Origin: an uncultured Candidatus Bathyarchaeia archaeon
Lineage (GTDB): Archaea > Thermoproteota > Bathyarchaeia > Bathyarchaeales > Bathyarchaeaceae
Direction of reading: 5' to 3'
Length of the DNA: 64,000 nucleotides
NCBI GenBank assembly: GCA_964399485.1
Contig: CAYNQS010000009.1
Location: 5,865-69,864, forward strand
Each line of letters begins with the position of its first letter. The first letter of the stretch is position 1. Below are positions 36,748 through 46,252 of the stretch, piece after piece. Position numbers and translations under genes: made by a program. Under the pieces are notes generated by a model. That model made no database searches and was not told the DNA's origin. It saw nothing but the letters and a program-made list of their open reading frames with translations.

Positions 36748-37791
36748 TTAACCCTTTCTTTTCAGTTGTCCTTTTTTTGGTTTCAGGTGAACCTCGGGAA
36801 CCAGTATGCCCTCTTCGGTTATGACCGCGTCCACGTACTCCAGAGGTGTTATGTCAAAGGCTGGATTCAACACTTTGACGCCTTCAGGCGCGATTCGCTC
36901 GGAACCTATGTTCGTAACTTCCGTTGGATTTCTTTCTTCGATAACCGCATCGTCTGAGGTGCGCAACTGGTCCATCGTTGATGTGGGGGCAGCCACGTAG
37001 AATGGAATACCGTGCTCAAACGCCAAAACAGCCACGTTATAGGTTCCAATCTTGTTCAAAACCGCGTCCCTGACAATCCGGTCTGCCCCAACCACAACCT
37101 TATCCACTAAACCCTTAGACATCACATAGCCCACCATAGTGTCGCTAATCAGGGTCACCGGAATGTTGTCCCGCATCAACTCGTAACAGGTGAGCCTAGC
37201 CCCCTGAAGCCGCGGTCGGGTCTCACAAGCAATAACCTTAACTTTTTTTCCCTCTTCAACTGCAGCCCGTACAACTCCCAAAGCGGTGCCGTAATCAACC
37301 GTAGCCAAACTGCCTGCGTTACAGTGGGTGAGAACCACGTCTCCATCCTCGATGAGTGTGGCTCCATGCCTGCCCATATTCCGGTTGACCTCCACATCCT
37401 CATCCGCCATCCGCTGAGCCTCCGCCACCACAGCCTCTGCCAAATCTTCCTTGGTTCCAGCCGTCTCCCGAGCCTTTTTCATCACCCTGTCAATTGCCCA
37501 GAAAAGATTCACTGCAGTTGGACGGGTCTTCCGCAGCACCTCAGCCGAGGTCTCCAACTCCCTCATCAGGTCCTCCCTCTTTTCCGCCTTTGAATGGAAG
37601 GCTGTAAGAGCCAAACCATACGCAGCCGCTACGCCAATGAGGGGGGCTCCCCGCAGCTTCATCTCCTTAATCGCAGAAGCCACACCATCACGGTTTTTCA
37701 TGTCCACCCAAACAACTTGGTTGGGCAGTTTTGTTTGATCAACAATAACAACCGCGCCGTCTTTCCATTCTATGGTTCGCACAATCAACAC
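36748..37791 (-). CDS. mtnA: S-methyl-5-thioribose-1-phosphate isomerase (aIF-2BI / eIF-2B-like family)
   Basis: IEWKDGAVVIVDQTKLP..., MKLRGAPLIGVAAAYGLAL, THCNAG, GADRI. Confidence 0.8.
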   Translation of the reverse strand: MLIVRTIEWKDGAVVIVDQTKLPNQVVWVDMKNRDGVASAIKEMKLRGAPLIGVAAAYGLALTAFHSKAEKREDLMRELETSAEVLRKTRPTAVNLFWAIDRVMKKARETAGTKEDLAEAVVAEAQRMADEDVEVNRNMGRHGATLIEDGDVVLTHCNAGSLATVDYGTALGVVRAAVEEGKKVKVIACETRPRLQGARLTCYELMRDNIPVTLISDTMVGYVMSKGLVDKVVVGADRIVRDAVLNKIGTYNVAVLAFEHGIPFYVAAPTSTMDQLRTSDDAVIEERNPTEVTNIGSERIAPEGVKVLNPAFDITPLEYVDAVITEEGILVPEVHLKPKKGQLKRKG

Positions 37792-38078
37792 CTGCCTGTT
37801 GATTCTGTTCTGCTTAGATAATATATTTTCTACGAAGATAAAGATTCAAGCTCACCATTATAACTGCAGTTTATCCACAGTGACTGTGTGCTATGCAAGA
37901 CACTGCGTTCAAGTGTAAACCTAGAGTTTAATTACTGGAAAATAACAAATTTTTTTTGAGTGACTACGGGAAGCGTCCACATTCGGCAACGACGTGGAGG
38001 GTTTTTCATTTTTTCCCTACCTACGCTTCCCACAGTCCCAAAACAATCAATGTTCTGTTACTGTTCCCAGAAGCCATT

Positions 38079-38831
38079 TTATCTTTTTTTGTTGATTTTT
38101 ATTACAACCTCGATCGGGCTTCCCTTAGGAAGCTTCAGATTCTTCTGCCAATCGTCCCCAACAGCAATGAGCGAGTAAATCCCAGAAACCTCAGCCTTAG
38201 CCTTCTTAACAAAGTTAACTAACGCAGCCTGAGTTTCCCCCGACTTTATCATGTCATCCACTATCAGCACGCTGTCCCTCCGCTTCAAAGCATCCTTCGG
38301 CAAATACAACGTCATGGTCACGCCTGAATCACGCAAAACATAGGTTTCCTCCAGAAAAGCGGGAACCCCCACCTCCTTGTTTCGTTTAGCAATCAACAAA
38401 TCAACACCCAAAGAGTTTGCAACCAATGCGCCGAGAGGTATGCCGTCCACGGCAGCGGTCAAAACTTTTGTCACTCGCCCCCCAGCAAAAGTTGCTAGGG
38501 CGTGATGGGCTGCCTGCTGAAGGATGTTGTGGTCGCCTATAATCCAGGTGTTGTTGAAGTATCCGGCAGAGTTGAATTTTATTCGGCTGCGAAGTTCAGT
38601 CTTTAAACCAACGAGTTTGGTTAAAGTTTTCCAGAGTTCTCTAGCTCTATCCGCGTTTGGCAGAACGTGACCTTTAGCGTACCTGCTTAAAACCGTCACT
38701 GGCAGGTCGGTTTTGACAGATAATTCTCTGTAGGTGTACTCCTTCTTTGCTGTCCTAAGTAGCTCGATAGTCATTAACCGAAGTTTCAGGTCTTCTGCAT
38801 GTGTATTCATACTCATCACTTTTCTTTGCAC
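38079..38831 (-). CDS. HTH + phosphoribosyltransferase-domain regulator (GfcR/PurR-like architecture)
   Basis: N-terminal HTH (YTYRELSVKTDLPVTVLSRYAKG). C-terminal PRPP-binding loop VLIVDDMIKSGET. The first ATGs are 5 and 7 codons inside the track start. Confidence 0.55.
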   Translation of the reverse strand: MQRKVMSMNTHAEDLKLRLMTIELLRTAKKEYTYRELSVKTDLPVTVLSRYAKGHVLPNADRARELWKTLTKLVGLKTELRSRIKFNSAGYFNNTWIIGDHNILQQAAHHALATFAGGRVTKVLTAAVDGIPLGALVANSLGVDLLIAKRNKEVGVPAFLEETYVLRDSGVTMTLYLPKDALKRRDSVLIVDDMIKSGETQAALVNFVKKAKAEVSGIYSLIAVGDDWQKNLKLPKGSPIEVVIKINKKR

Positions 38832-39027
38832 ACCAACAAATCAAACTTTGAAGGTACAGGTTACTTATTTTAACTAAGACAGATTTATAATTTCCGTATA
38901 ATATCGAATAACATAAATACAACACGACGCCGAAGCTTGCCTGAAGGCTCACATCCTTATGCAATAAACCAAACAGCAGACAACTTCAGCTCCTCCAAAA
39001 CTCCCTTTTCGAAACCGAAATAGGGGA

Positions 39028-39121
39028 TGGCGGATCCGCGGGGATTTGAACCCCGGATCATTGGATTTCTTCTTCCGTAGATTAGAAGTCCAATGCCTTA
39101 TCCTGACTAGGCCACGGACCC
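39028..39121 (-). tRNA. tRNA-Arg(TCT) with 16-nt canonical intron; CCA encoded
   Basis: GGGTCCG-TG-GCCT..AGGC-A-TTGGA-CTTCTA[ATCTACGGAAGAAGAA]A-TCCAA-TGATC-CGGGG-TTCAAAT-CCCCG-CGGATCC-G-CCA. Intron at 39067-39082. BHB helix CTTC/GAAG. Confidence 0.9.
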
Positions 39122-39193
39122 GTGAACCGTCATAGTCTAAGAACTGCTTAGATATAATCTTTCATTTAAGCTAATGCTGTGACGTTTCCTCGG

Positions 39194-42079
39194 TTATGAT
39201 ATGTAGATGGCGGGGCGGTAGGGTCTAGCTAATCCAGCCTTCTTCTGCGGGTCATGAATCTGCTGATCGTCCTCCCCATATGTATGAACTTTGGCGTTGA
39301 ATTCTCTTCCAAAGAAGGTTTCGGCTTTTCCAAGCAACTTGGCTTCGTCTAAGGCTCCAATCTGCAGTTGTCTCTGTTTCATGTCTTCGGGCATGTGGTT
39401 GATTTCTTCTGTGATTCCGCGGGCGAATTTGGCAACCTTTCCCCCCATCTTTTTCAGCTCCGGGTCAGCCATCAATTCCTTCATTAGATCGCTTAGGGTA
39501 AGTGTGGCTGAGGCTGACCTCTTAAGTGCTGTTAGGTAGACTTTCCATTTCCATGATGCAGCAGAGTAGTAGTAGATTTCTTTTGGCACCATCTTTGTTG
39601 CTCTGAGAATGTTCGAGGTGTCTTCCAGCACGTTTTTGACTAGATTCTCGGTCTCCTCCACTTCAACGTTAACTTTCTTTTTGTCGTAAACTGGCCAATC
39701 AGCCAAGGAGATGAAGCCTGACTTGTTCAGTTTGCTCCAGATTTCCTCGCAGATGTATGGTGCAAAGGGCGCCAGCAGCAGGGTCCATATTTCCAGCGCC
39801 TGTTTCAGGATTTTTTGGTTGAACGTTTCTTTTCTTCTGTTGTACCATCGGAAGTCGTTCCAGATTTCGAAGAGGGCATTTTCTAGGGCTGTTCTGGTTT
39901 TCAGTGCTTCCATGTTTTCGGTTACGGTTTTGATTCTGTGCTGCAGCATGCTGATGAGCCACGTTTCCAGATGTCCGGTTTTGGTTTGTTTTGCGTTTTC
40001 GATTATGTTGTCTGTTAGGTTCCGGAAGCCGCGGAGCTTGGTTTCGACGTCTCTGACTGTTTCTTTTCTCCAGTCTGGGTCGTTCATTCCTTCTCCGCCT
40101 AGGAGTAGGGCGCAGCGGGTGGCGTCTGCTCCGAACTGGTTGAGTGCGTCTTTGAGGGTTATGAAGTTGCCCTTCGATTTTGACATCTTCTTTCCTTCTA
40201 TGCTCAGCATGCCGTTCACGCCGATGCCTTGGGGCAGATAGTCCGGAAATAGTGCTGCGTGCTGGAAGAGGAAGAAGGTTAAGTGGTTGGGGAGCAGTTC
40301 TTTGGCTGAGATTCTTAGGTCCAGTGGGTACCAGTATAGGAATTCGCTCCTCATCTCGTCTAAGATTTTGGCGTCGATGTTTGTTTGTTTTGACAGTTTT
40401 TTTGGGTCTCCTTTTCCGTAGAATATGTAGTCGAAGACCTGTGGGATCAGCTGTTCGGCTGTTATGTTGTGTTTTTTGAGGTGATTGTTTATGGTGTAGA
40501 ATGCCATGTAAACGGTTGAGTCTGTCAGAGTTTCAACGATCCATCCGGGGCTCCATGGGAGGGGCGTTCCTAAGCCACTTTTTCTTGCGCATGGCCACTC
40601 TTTAAGCCAATCGATGATGTTGAGGAACCACTGCCGGGCAGAGTCGGGGTAAATGGAAGCCTGATTTAGTGCGTCCTTGGTTTTCTGTTTCCATGCTGGG
40701 TCCGAGTATTTTATGAACCATTGCTCTTCGAGGAGCTTGACTATGCAGGGGGTCATGCATCTGCACACCACCGGTTCGGGCAGGTCATACATGGAGTCTG
40801 CTATGTTCTGTTCCTTGAAGTCTCGGATCAGAATGTCCTTTATTTCGTTGACCTGTTTTCCTGCGTATATTCCGCAGATTTGCTTCAGGGTTCCGCCGTG
40901 GAACTCCTTTTTGTACAGGGTTTTGGTTGCTTCCTCGGCTTTGGGGTCATGCTGGTCCTTCACGTTCATCTGGTCGACGAGTTCGACTGCGGGGTATTCT
41001 CCGAAGCCTTCCACCGTGATGAGGGAGATTGGCTGTATCTTGTTGACCTCTTCTGGGTTTATGCTGAATTCTTTGAGCAGTTCAGGGTTGTTTTGCAGGT
41101 CTCTCAGGGCTAGCCAGTCGAATGGTGCGTGGGCGGGGACGCTGTAGACTACTCCTGTTGCGTTGTCTGGGCTTACGAACCAGCCGGGCAATATCAGCAT
41201 CTTTCGGGTGCTGAGGGGGCTGGTGAATCGTTTTCCGATGATTTTTTTGCCCTTGAAGGTGTCCAAGATTTCGACTTTTTTTAGTTGTTGTTCTAGTTTG
41301 TTTGCGGCTGTTTTGCTGATTATCCAAGTTTCGCCGTTTACGCGTGCTTTGACGTAGTCCGCGTCGGGGTTTATCCACAGGTTGGTTATGCCGTAGATGG
41401 TTTCTGGTCTGAAGGTGGCTGAGGGGAGGAGGGTACCGTCTTCCATTCGGTATTTGAGGAGGATGTATTCTTCGGGGACAACGCCTTCCCCTGTTTGGCG
41501 GTCATGGTCGCCTGTGGGGCTTTGATCGTGGGGGCACCACACCACTGGGTATGTTCCCTGTATGATGTAGCCCTTCGTTCGCAGCCGTTCAGTTTGCCAT
41601 TCCACAAACTTGCTGAACGTTGGGTACAGGCTGGTGGTGTGGAATTCTCTTCTCCAGTCCACAGAGTAGCCGATTCGCTTCACGGCTTCTCTGCTTTGGT
41701 CTGTATAGTATGATGCCATGTAAACTGGGTCAACAAACTTTTTGAGGTTCTCTTCTGAAACCCCGTCTACTTCTCTGAAGGCTCGGATCAGAGTTTCGTC
41801 CCCATTTTTTACACGTTCGCTTGCTCCGGCTATGGTTTCGCCTGTCCAGTGCCAAGCCCACGGAAACAGGACATTGTAGCCCTGCATTCTCTTGAAACGA
41901 GCAAACACATCAACACGTGTGGCTGTGAAGCCGTGTCCCACGTGGAGGGGGCCATTCATGTATGGGAAGGGGAAGGTTATGAAAAATTTTTTTCTTGTCT
42001 GGTCTGGGTCAGCCTCGAACATTCTGGCTGTTTCCCACTTTTTTCTCCACTTTTCCTCGAGTTGCCTTAGAGATGTCAT
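39194..42079 (-). CDS. leuS: leucyl-tRNA synthetase (archaeal type)
   Basis: 961 aa. HVGH (HIGH-type) motif PYMNGPLHVGHG and the KMSKS motif. Confidence 0.95.
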   Translation of the reverse strand: MTSLRQLEEKWRKKWETARMFEADPDQTRKKFFITFPFPYMNGPLHVGHGFTATRVDVFARFKRMQGYNVLFPWAWHWTGETIAGASERVKNGDETLIRAFREVDGVSEENLKKFVDPVYMASYYTDQSREAVKRIGYSVDWRREFHTTSLYPTFSKFVEWQTERLRTKGYIIQGTYPVVWCPHDQSPTGDHDRQTGEGVVPEEYILLKYRMEDGTLLPSATFRPETIYGITNLWINPDADYVKARVNGETWIISKTAANKLEQQLKKVEILDTFKGKKIIGKRFTSPLSTRKMLILPGWFVSPDNATGVVYSVPAHAPFDWLALRDLQNNPELLKEFSINPEEVNKIQPISLITVEGFGEYPAVELVDQMNVKDQHDPKAEEATKTLYKKEFHGGTLKQICGIYAGKQVNEIKDILIRDFKEQNIADSMYDLPEPVVCRCMTPCIVKLLEEQWFIKYSDPAWKQKTKDALNQASIYPDSARQWFLNIIDWLKEWPCARKSGLGTPLPWSPGWIVETLTDSTVYMAFYTINNHLKKHNITAEQLIPQVFDYIFYGKGDPKKLSKQTNIDAKILDEMRSEFLYWYPLDLRISAKELLPNHLTFFLFQHAALFPDYLPQGIGVNGMLSIEGKKMSKSKGNFITLKDALNQFGADATRCALLLGGEGMNDPDWRKETVRDVETKLRGFRNLTDNIIENAKQTKTGHLETWLISMLQHRIKTVTENMEALKTRTALENALFEIWNDFRWYNRRKETFNQKILKQALEIWTLLLAPFAPYICEEIWSKLNKSGFISLADWPVYDKKKVNVEVEETENLVKNVLEDTSNILRATKMVPKEIYYYSAASWKWKVYLTALKRSASATLTLSDLMKELMADPELKKMGGKVAKFARGITEEINHMPEDMKQRQLQIGALDEAKLLGKAETFFGREFNAKVHTYGEDDQQIHDPQKKAGLARPYRPAIYIS

Positions 42080-42160
42080 TAAACCATTGGAGGGTCACGA
42101 AAGTTAAAAGTTTTTTCAGTCAAATTTGGCAGTTCAGGAGTAACCGATGGAAGAAAAACA

Positions 42161-42208
42161 GAAAAAACACTGTTTTCAACAATGAAGTATTATTAGTCTC
42201 CTAATATG
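42161..42208 (+). repeat. 48-nt bipartite intergenic element, copy 3
   Basis: GAAAAAACACTGTTTTCAACAATGAAGTATTATTAGTCTCCTAATATG, between the leuS start and the tRNA-Tyr 3' end. Confidence 0.85.
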
Positions 42209-42264
42209 CGGATTTATCTGCGTCAGTTTTGGCGTTTTTGCAAGGCTCCTCAGAAGGAGAGTTG

Positions 42265-42424
42265 TGGTCGGGCGGGCGGGATTTGAACCTGCGACAATCC
42301 GGTTTCTGTGCGCTTGATAGGCTAAATGATGCCCACCATGCTGGTAGGCGTCTACAGCGTCTCCGTCAGCCCAGACACAGTGTTAGGCTGGCTCGGAAGC
42401 TCTACCAAGCTGAGCTACCGCCCG
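42265..42424 (-). tRNA. tRNA-Tyr(GTA) with two introns (35 nt at 30/31, 48 nt at 37/38); CCA encoded
   Basis: Exons are 42424-42394, 42358-42352 and 42303-42265. They join to CGGGCGG-TA-GCTC-AGCTTGGTA-GAGC-T-TCCGG-CTGTAGA-CCGGA-TTGTC-GCAGG-TTCAAAT-CCCGC-CCGCCCG-A-CCA. C1:G72 is the archaeal Tyr identity pair. The sequence is close to M. jannaschii tRNA-Tyr as I remember it. Confidence 0.8.
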
Positions 42425-42648
42425 ACAGACTTTTACAATGAAAACTTCCAATTTATGCGTTTCGTTATGCTTCAAGTGGTGGTTACATTTTTTGTTGTGT
42501 AAAGAGGATTACAGGCGCGTTCTCTGCGTATACTCTGTTTATTCTCCATTTCGATGCGATAGAACTTTATTCGAAAAGTAAAATACTTGAACTGTGAAGG
42601 TTATAGTAGCATTTGCCGTCATCAATAAAGTGACTTAGGTGAACAGAA

Positions 42649-43746
42649 ATGAAGCGTGAACGAATCCGTGAAATAGTGGCGGGTTATGATCCCAAAGAAG
42701 TTAAGATTGGCGTGCTGGGGTCTCACTCTGCCTTGGAGATGGGTCATGGCGCCAAGCAGGAAGGGTTCGAGGTAGTTGTGGTTTGCCAGAAGGGAAGAGA
42801 GAAAACCTACACAAAACACTACAGAAACCTGTTCGACCATGTTTTGCTGCTGGACAAATTCGCTGACATGGTTAAGGAAGAGAACCAAGCCAAGCTGCGG
42901 GAATTGAACACCATATTTGTGCCAAACAGATCCTTCTCAGTTTACATCGGCTACGACAACATCGAACAGAAACTCAAGGTTCCACTCTTGGGAAACAGAT
43001 TCATGCTCAGAAGCGAAGAAAGAAACGTGCCTAGAAATCAGTATTACCTGATCAAAAAAGCTGGCTTAAACCTGCCAAAAATTTTTGGTTCACCAGAAGA
43101 TATAGATCGGTTGGCGATAGTGAAGGTTCCAGAAAAAACAAGAAGCATAGAACGCGCCTTCTTTTACGCTTCATCTCCGGAGGAATACAAGAAGAGATCG
43201 GAAGAGCGGATAAGGAAGGGAATAATCGACAGGAGAGACTTGGAAGAAGCAACCATCGAAGAGTACATAGTGGGAGCCAAATTCAACGCCAACTATTTCT
43301 GGTCCCCAATAACCGATGAAATAGACCTGCTTGGCTTCGACAGAAGAATACAAACAAGCCTAGACGGGGTCCTAGATTTACCTGCTGATGAGCAATTAGA
43401 AGCAAAGATTTCAACACAGAACGTGGAGATTGGGCACATGGGCGCCACCATGCGAGAATCCCAGATAGAAAAGATACTGGACGCTGGAGAAAAATTTGTT
43501 GAAACCTGCAAAAAGGAGTATCCGCCCGGAATAATCGGCTTGTTTGCGCTGCAGGGAGCCATGAACAAGAATTTGGAGTTCTACATTTTTGATGTAAGCC
43601 CAAGGATACCCGGTTGCCCCTGCGTAGAACCCACTTCCCCATACATGAAGTATAAATATGGCATGGAGGTTGGTCCAGGAAGAAGAGTTGCAATGGAGAT
43701 TAAGCAGGCTGTTGCGAAGAATAAGCTTGGGATGATAGTCACGTGA
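42649..43746 (+). CDS. purP: 5-formaminoimidazole-4-carboxamide ribonucleotide (FAICAR) synthetase, ATP-grasp
   Basis: KIGVLGSHSALEMGHGAKQEGF N-terminus and the ATP-grasp core typical of archaeal PurP. Confidence 0.85.
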   Translation: MKRERIREIVAGYDPKEVKIGVLGSHSALEMGHGAKQEGFEVVVVCQKGREKTYTKHYRNLFDHVLLLDKFADMVKEENQAKLRELNTIFVPNRSFSVYIGYDNIEQKLKVPLLGNRFMLRSEERNVPRNQYYLIKKAGLNLPKIFGSPEDIDRLAIVKVPEKTRSIERAFFYASSPEEYKKRSEERIRKGIIDRRDLEEATIEEYIVGAKFNANYFWSPITDEIDLLGFDRRIQTSLDGVLDLPADEQLEAKISTQNVEIGHMGATMRESQIEKILDAGEKFVETCKKEYPPGIIGLFALQGAMNKNLEFYIFDVSPRIPGCPCVEPTSPYMKYKYGMEVGPGRRVAMEIKQAVAKNKLGMIVT

Positions 43747-44828
43747 TTTCAAAAAATGAAATAAACGAAATTTTGGGGAAGTATGACAGCAAGAAAATCA
43801 CAGTAGGCACGCTCGGATCCCATTCTGCACTCAACATATTCAAGGGAGCAAAAGAGGAAGGGTTCAGCACAGTATGCGTTTGCAAAAAACAAAACGAAAT
43901 CATGTACAAGCGGTTCCCTCTGGCAGACCAGATTATCCCCATCAAAGAATATGCAGACCTGCTTGACGAGGATATTCAGCGGAAACTCAAACAGGCAAAC
44001 ACAATCCTAGTTCCACACGGCTCCTTCAACGCCTACGTTGGAACAGAAGAAATGATTGACCAACTACATGTGCCCTTGTTTGGTAACAGAGAACTCCTCC
44101 ACTGGGAAACCAACCGAGAAAAGCAGAGAGAATGGCTGCAAAGGGCAGGATTAAAGCTACCCAAAACCTTTGATAACCCCAAAGACATTGAGGGTCTGGT
44201 TATTGCCAAGTTTCCGGGTGCAATGGGCGGAAAAGGCTACTTCTTGGTAGAATCTCCGAAAGCATTTCACAAAAAAGCAAAAGACATGATGAAACGGGGA
44301 CACATAAGCAAACGAAATCTGGAAAACATCCACTTCCAAGAATACATCTTAGGAGTAAATGTTTATCCACTGTACTTCTATTCGCCCCTCACAGACGAGG
44401 TTGAACTGCTGGGTATGGACCGCAGATACGAATCCACTGTGGACAGCATAGGAAAGATACCCGCAACCGAGCAGCTGGAAATCAACATGAACCCCACATA
44501 CACTGTCGTCGGCAATTTTCCCATCGTAGCCCGAGAGTCGCTTTTGCCAGAGCTTCTTAGAATGGGCGAAAACGTAGTCAAAGTATCAAAAGAAATTGCT
44601 TCTCCCGGCATGATAGGGCCCTTCTGCCTAGAAACGGTTATCACGGATGACATGAAAATCTACACGTTCGAGATTTCTGCGCGAATAGTTGCAGGAAGCA
44701 ATGTGGGCATCGGCACCTCTCCGTACGCCTACCTGAAGTACGGTGAAGGAATGTACATGGGCAGACGAATAGCTCGAGAAATAAAAAACGCAATAGCCAA
44801 TAATGAACTAGAAAAAGTTGTGTATTGA
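43743..44828 (+). CDS. PurP paralog (ATP-grasp, PurP family)
   Basis: TVGTLGSHSALNIFKGAKEEGF. Collinear by eye with the upstream PurP. The GTG start overlaps the upstream stop by 4 nt. Confidence 0.8.
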   Translation: MISKNEINEILGKYDSKKITVGTLGSHSALNIFKGAKEEGFSTVCVCKKQNEIMYKRFPLADQIIPIKEYADLLDEDIQRKLKQANTILVPHGSFNAYVGTEEMIDQLHVPLFGNRELLHWETNREKQREWLQRAGLKLPKTFDNPKDIEGLVIAKFPGAMGGKGYFLVESPKAFHKKAKDMMKRGHISKRNLENIHFQEYILGVNVYPLYFYSPLTDEVELLGMDRRYESTVDSIGKIPATEQLEINMNPTYTVVGNFPIVARESLLPELLRMGENVVKVSKEIASPGMIGPFCLETVITDDMKIYTFEISARIVAGSNVGIGTSPYAYLKYGEGMYMGRRIAREIKNAIANNELEKVVY

Positions 44829-44841
44829 CCAGTTACATAAT

Positions 44842-45039
44842 CTATCTTTGGTTTGTTTTTGTTTTGATTTCGTGCTCAAGTATGCCTCGGTAGAGTATGA
44901 GGGGTGCAATCTGTTCGTTGGATTTGTTTTTTGAAATTTGCTGTTTTATGCTTTCGTCCAAACGCTTTTTGTAGGTCTGAAGCTCGGCTAAGCTCATGGC
45001 TTTCAGTTTGGTTTCGAAATATTTTATGGGGTCACTCAT
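44842..45039 (-). CDS. small helical hypothetical protein (65 aa)
   Basis: ATG at 45039. Lys/Glu/Gln-rich helical sequence. The track's 25-aa extension is unsupported. Confidence 0.35.
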   Translation of the reverse strand: MSDPIKYFETKLKAMSLAELQTYKKRLDESIKQQISKNKSNEQIAPLILYRGILEHEIKTKTNQR

Positions 45040-45161
45040 TCCAATCCACTTCTTGACTCGCACATTTTCTGTACATTGTGTGAAACAAACGTTATATGTA
45101 TATGTGACGAACAATTTAGTGCAAATGCTTAAATTTATTTAAATCAAAATTAATATAGATA

Positions 45162-46085
45162 ATGTCTTTTTTTAGGGGGGATGTTGGATTGGGATCTGTA
45201 GGTTCTATAACCGAAATAATCAATGTAAAAGAAGAAGACGATCCCACGCTTTCAGAAAAACTAACCGAAATCAGCAAAAAACATGATGCCGTTCTAATGG
45301 CTTGCATTGCCCCATATGTAGGACTAAAGATTTCTCCCACAAAAACAATAAACGCTCAAATGGGTCTACCGGAAGAATTTGCCGTAGAGACGGCAATTAA
45401 TCTGATACAAGCAAAAACTGATACTCGAAAACTGCTGCTTTTGGTAAATAGTCCCGGCGGGCTGGTTCAATCCTCATATAAGATAGCGCGAGCATTAAGA
45501 AAAACATTCAAGGAAATCATTGTTTTTGTTCCCCACATAGCAGCAAGTGGAGGAACTTTGCTTGCTCTCACTGGAAACAAGATAGTTATGGGCATGATGA
45601 GCCAACTGTCACCGCTTGATCCGCAGGCAAAAGTTGAAGATGGAGCTGTCTCGGCGAACTCTGTTGTGGATGCACATGAGTTTGTCACCAGACTCTTTGA
45701 TGATGTTTCGGTGGAGGATGCACCTTACAGTTACAAGGCTCTGGCAGACAAATGTGATGGCATTGACATCAGGGATGCCTTGGCTTCGTTGAGTTTAATG
45801 GAAGAATATATTCTTGAAATCATCGAAGATTGCGGATACAACAAAGAAGAATGCAAGAAAATAAGCCACAGCATAGTGCGAGGCTTCAAGACGCATGATG
45901 AAGTCATAAACATTGACAAAGCCAAAAATCTTGGGCTGAAAGTTATCAGCCACAACGAGTTTCCCACCGAGTGGAAGCTGTTCAGGGAATGGTTAGCCAA
46001 GTATATGCTTCAAAGCGCAGATAAACATGTTATCCGCTTTGTGATTTCAGAAAATTTAACAAAAAAAAGTGAACTGAACAAATAG
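45162..46085 (+). CDS. SDH-family Clp-fold serine proteinase
   Basis: LLLVNSPGGLV...VFVPHIAASGGTLLALTGNKIVMG...LSPLDPQ matches the ClpP/crotonase-fold serine dehydrogenase proteinase pattern. Confidence 0.65.
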   Translation: MSFFRGDVGLGSVGSITEIINVKEEDDPTLSEKLTEISKKHDAVLMACIAPYVGLKISPTKTINAQMGLPEEFAVETAINLIQAKTDTRKLLLLVNSPGGLVQSSYKIARALRKTFKEIIVFVPHIAASGGTLLALTGNKIVMGMMSQLSPLDPQAKVEDGAVSANSVVDAHEFVTRLFDDVSVEDAPYSYKALADKCDGIDIRDALASLSLMEEYILEIIEDCGYNKEECKKISHSIVRGFKTHDEVINIDKAKNLGLKVISHNEFPTEWKLFREWLAKYMLQSADKHVIRFVISENLTKKSELNK

Positions 46086-46252
46086 TGAAGAACAGAAAGA
46101 CGCCAAAGTGATGCCTGTGGAAAAGCTGTGACAAAGAAACTGCTTATTCATTAGTTGCTCACTGGGAAGTGTCTGTTTTTCTTTTTAGGTTTTTTAATTG
46201 CTCCTTAAGCTCAAAAATAAGGGGGGATGAAGAGTTCCTTCTTGGTTGAATG

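Noticed and set aside
42304-42351. C/D-box sRNA inside the 48-nt tRNA-Tyr intron (as in haloarchaeal tRNA-Trp)
   Set aside because: I looked for RUGAUGA and CUGA boxes on the tRNA strand. No C box is present; ATGATG occurs only on the opposite strand. The only CTGA is in intron 1. The length is also too short for a two-guide sRNA.
42229-42441. 70-aa + strand ORF
   Set aside because: It is exactly antisense to the two-intron tRNA-Tyr gene. The open frame is an artefact of GC-rich tRNA sequence.
45116-45340. 74-aa minus-strand ORF overlapping the start of the SDH-family protease gene
   Set aside because: It overlaps a well-supported + strand gene and the AT-rich divergent promoter, and it has no motif.
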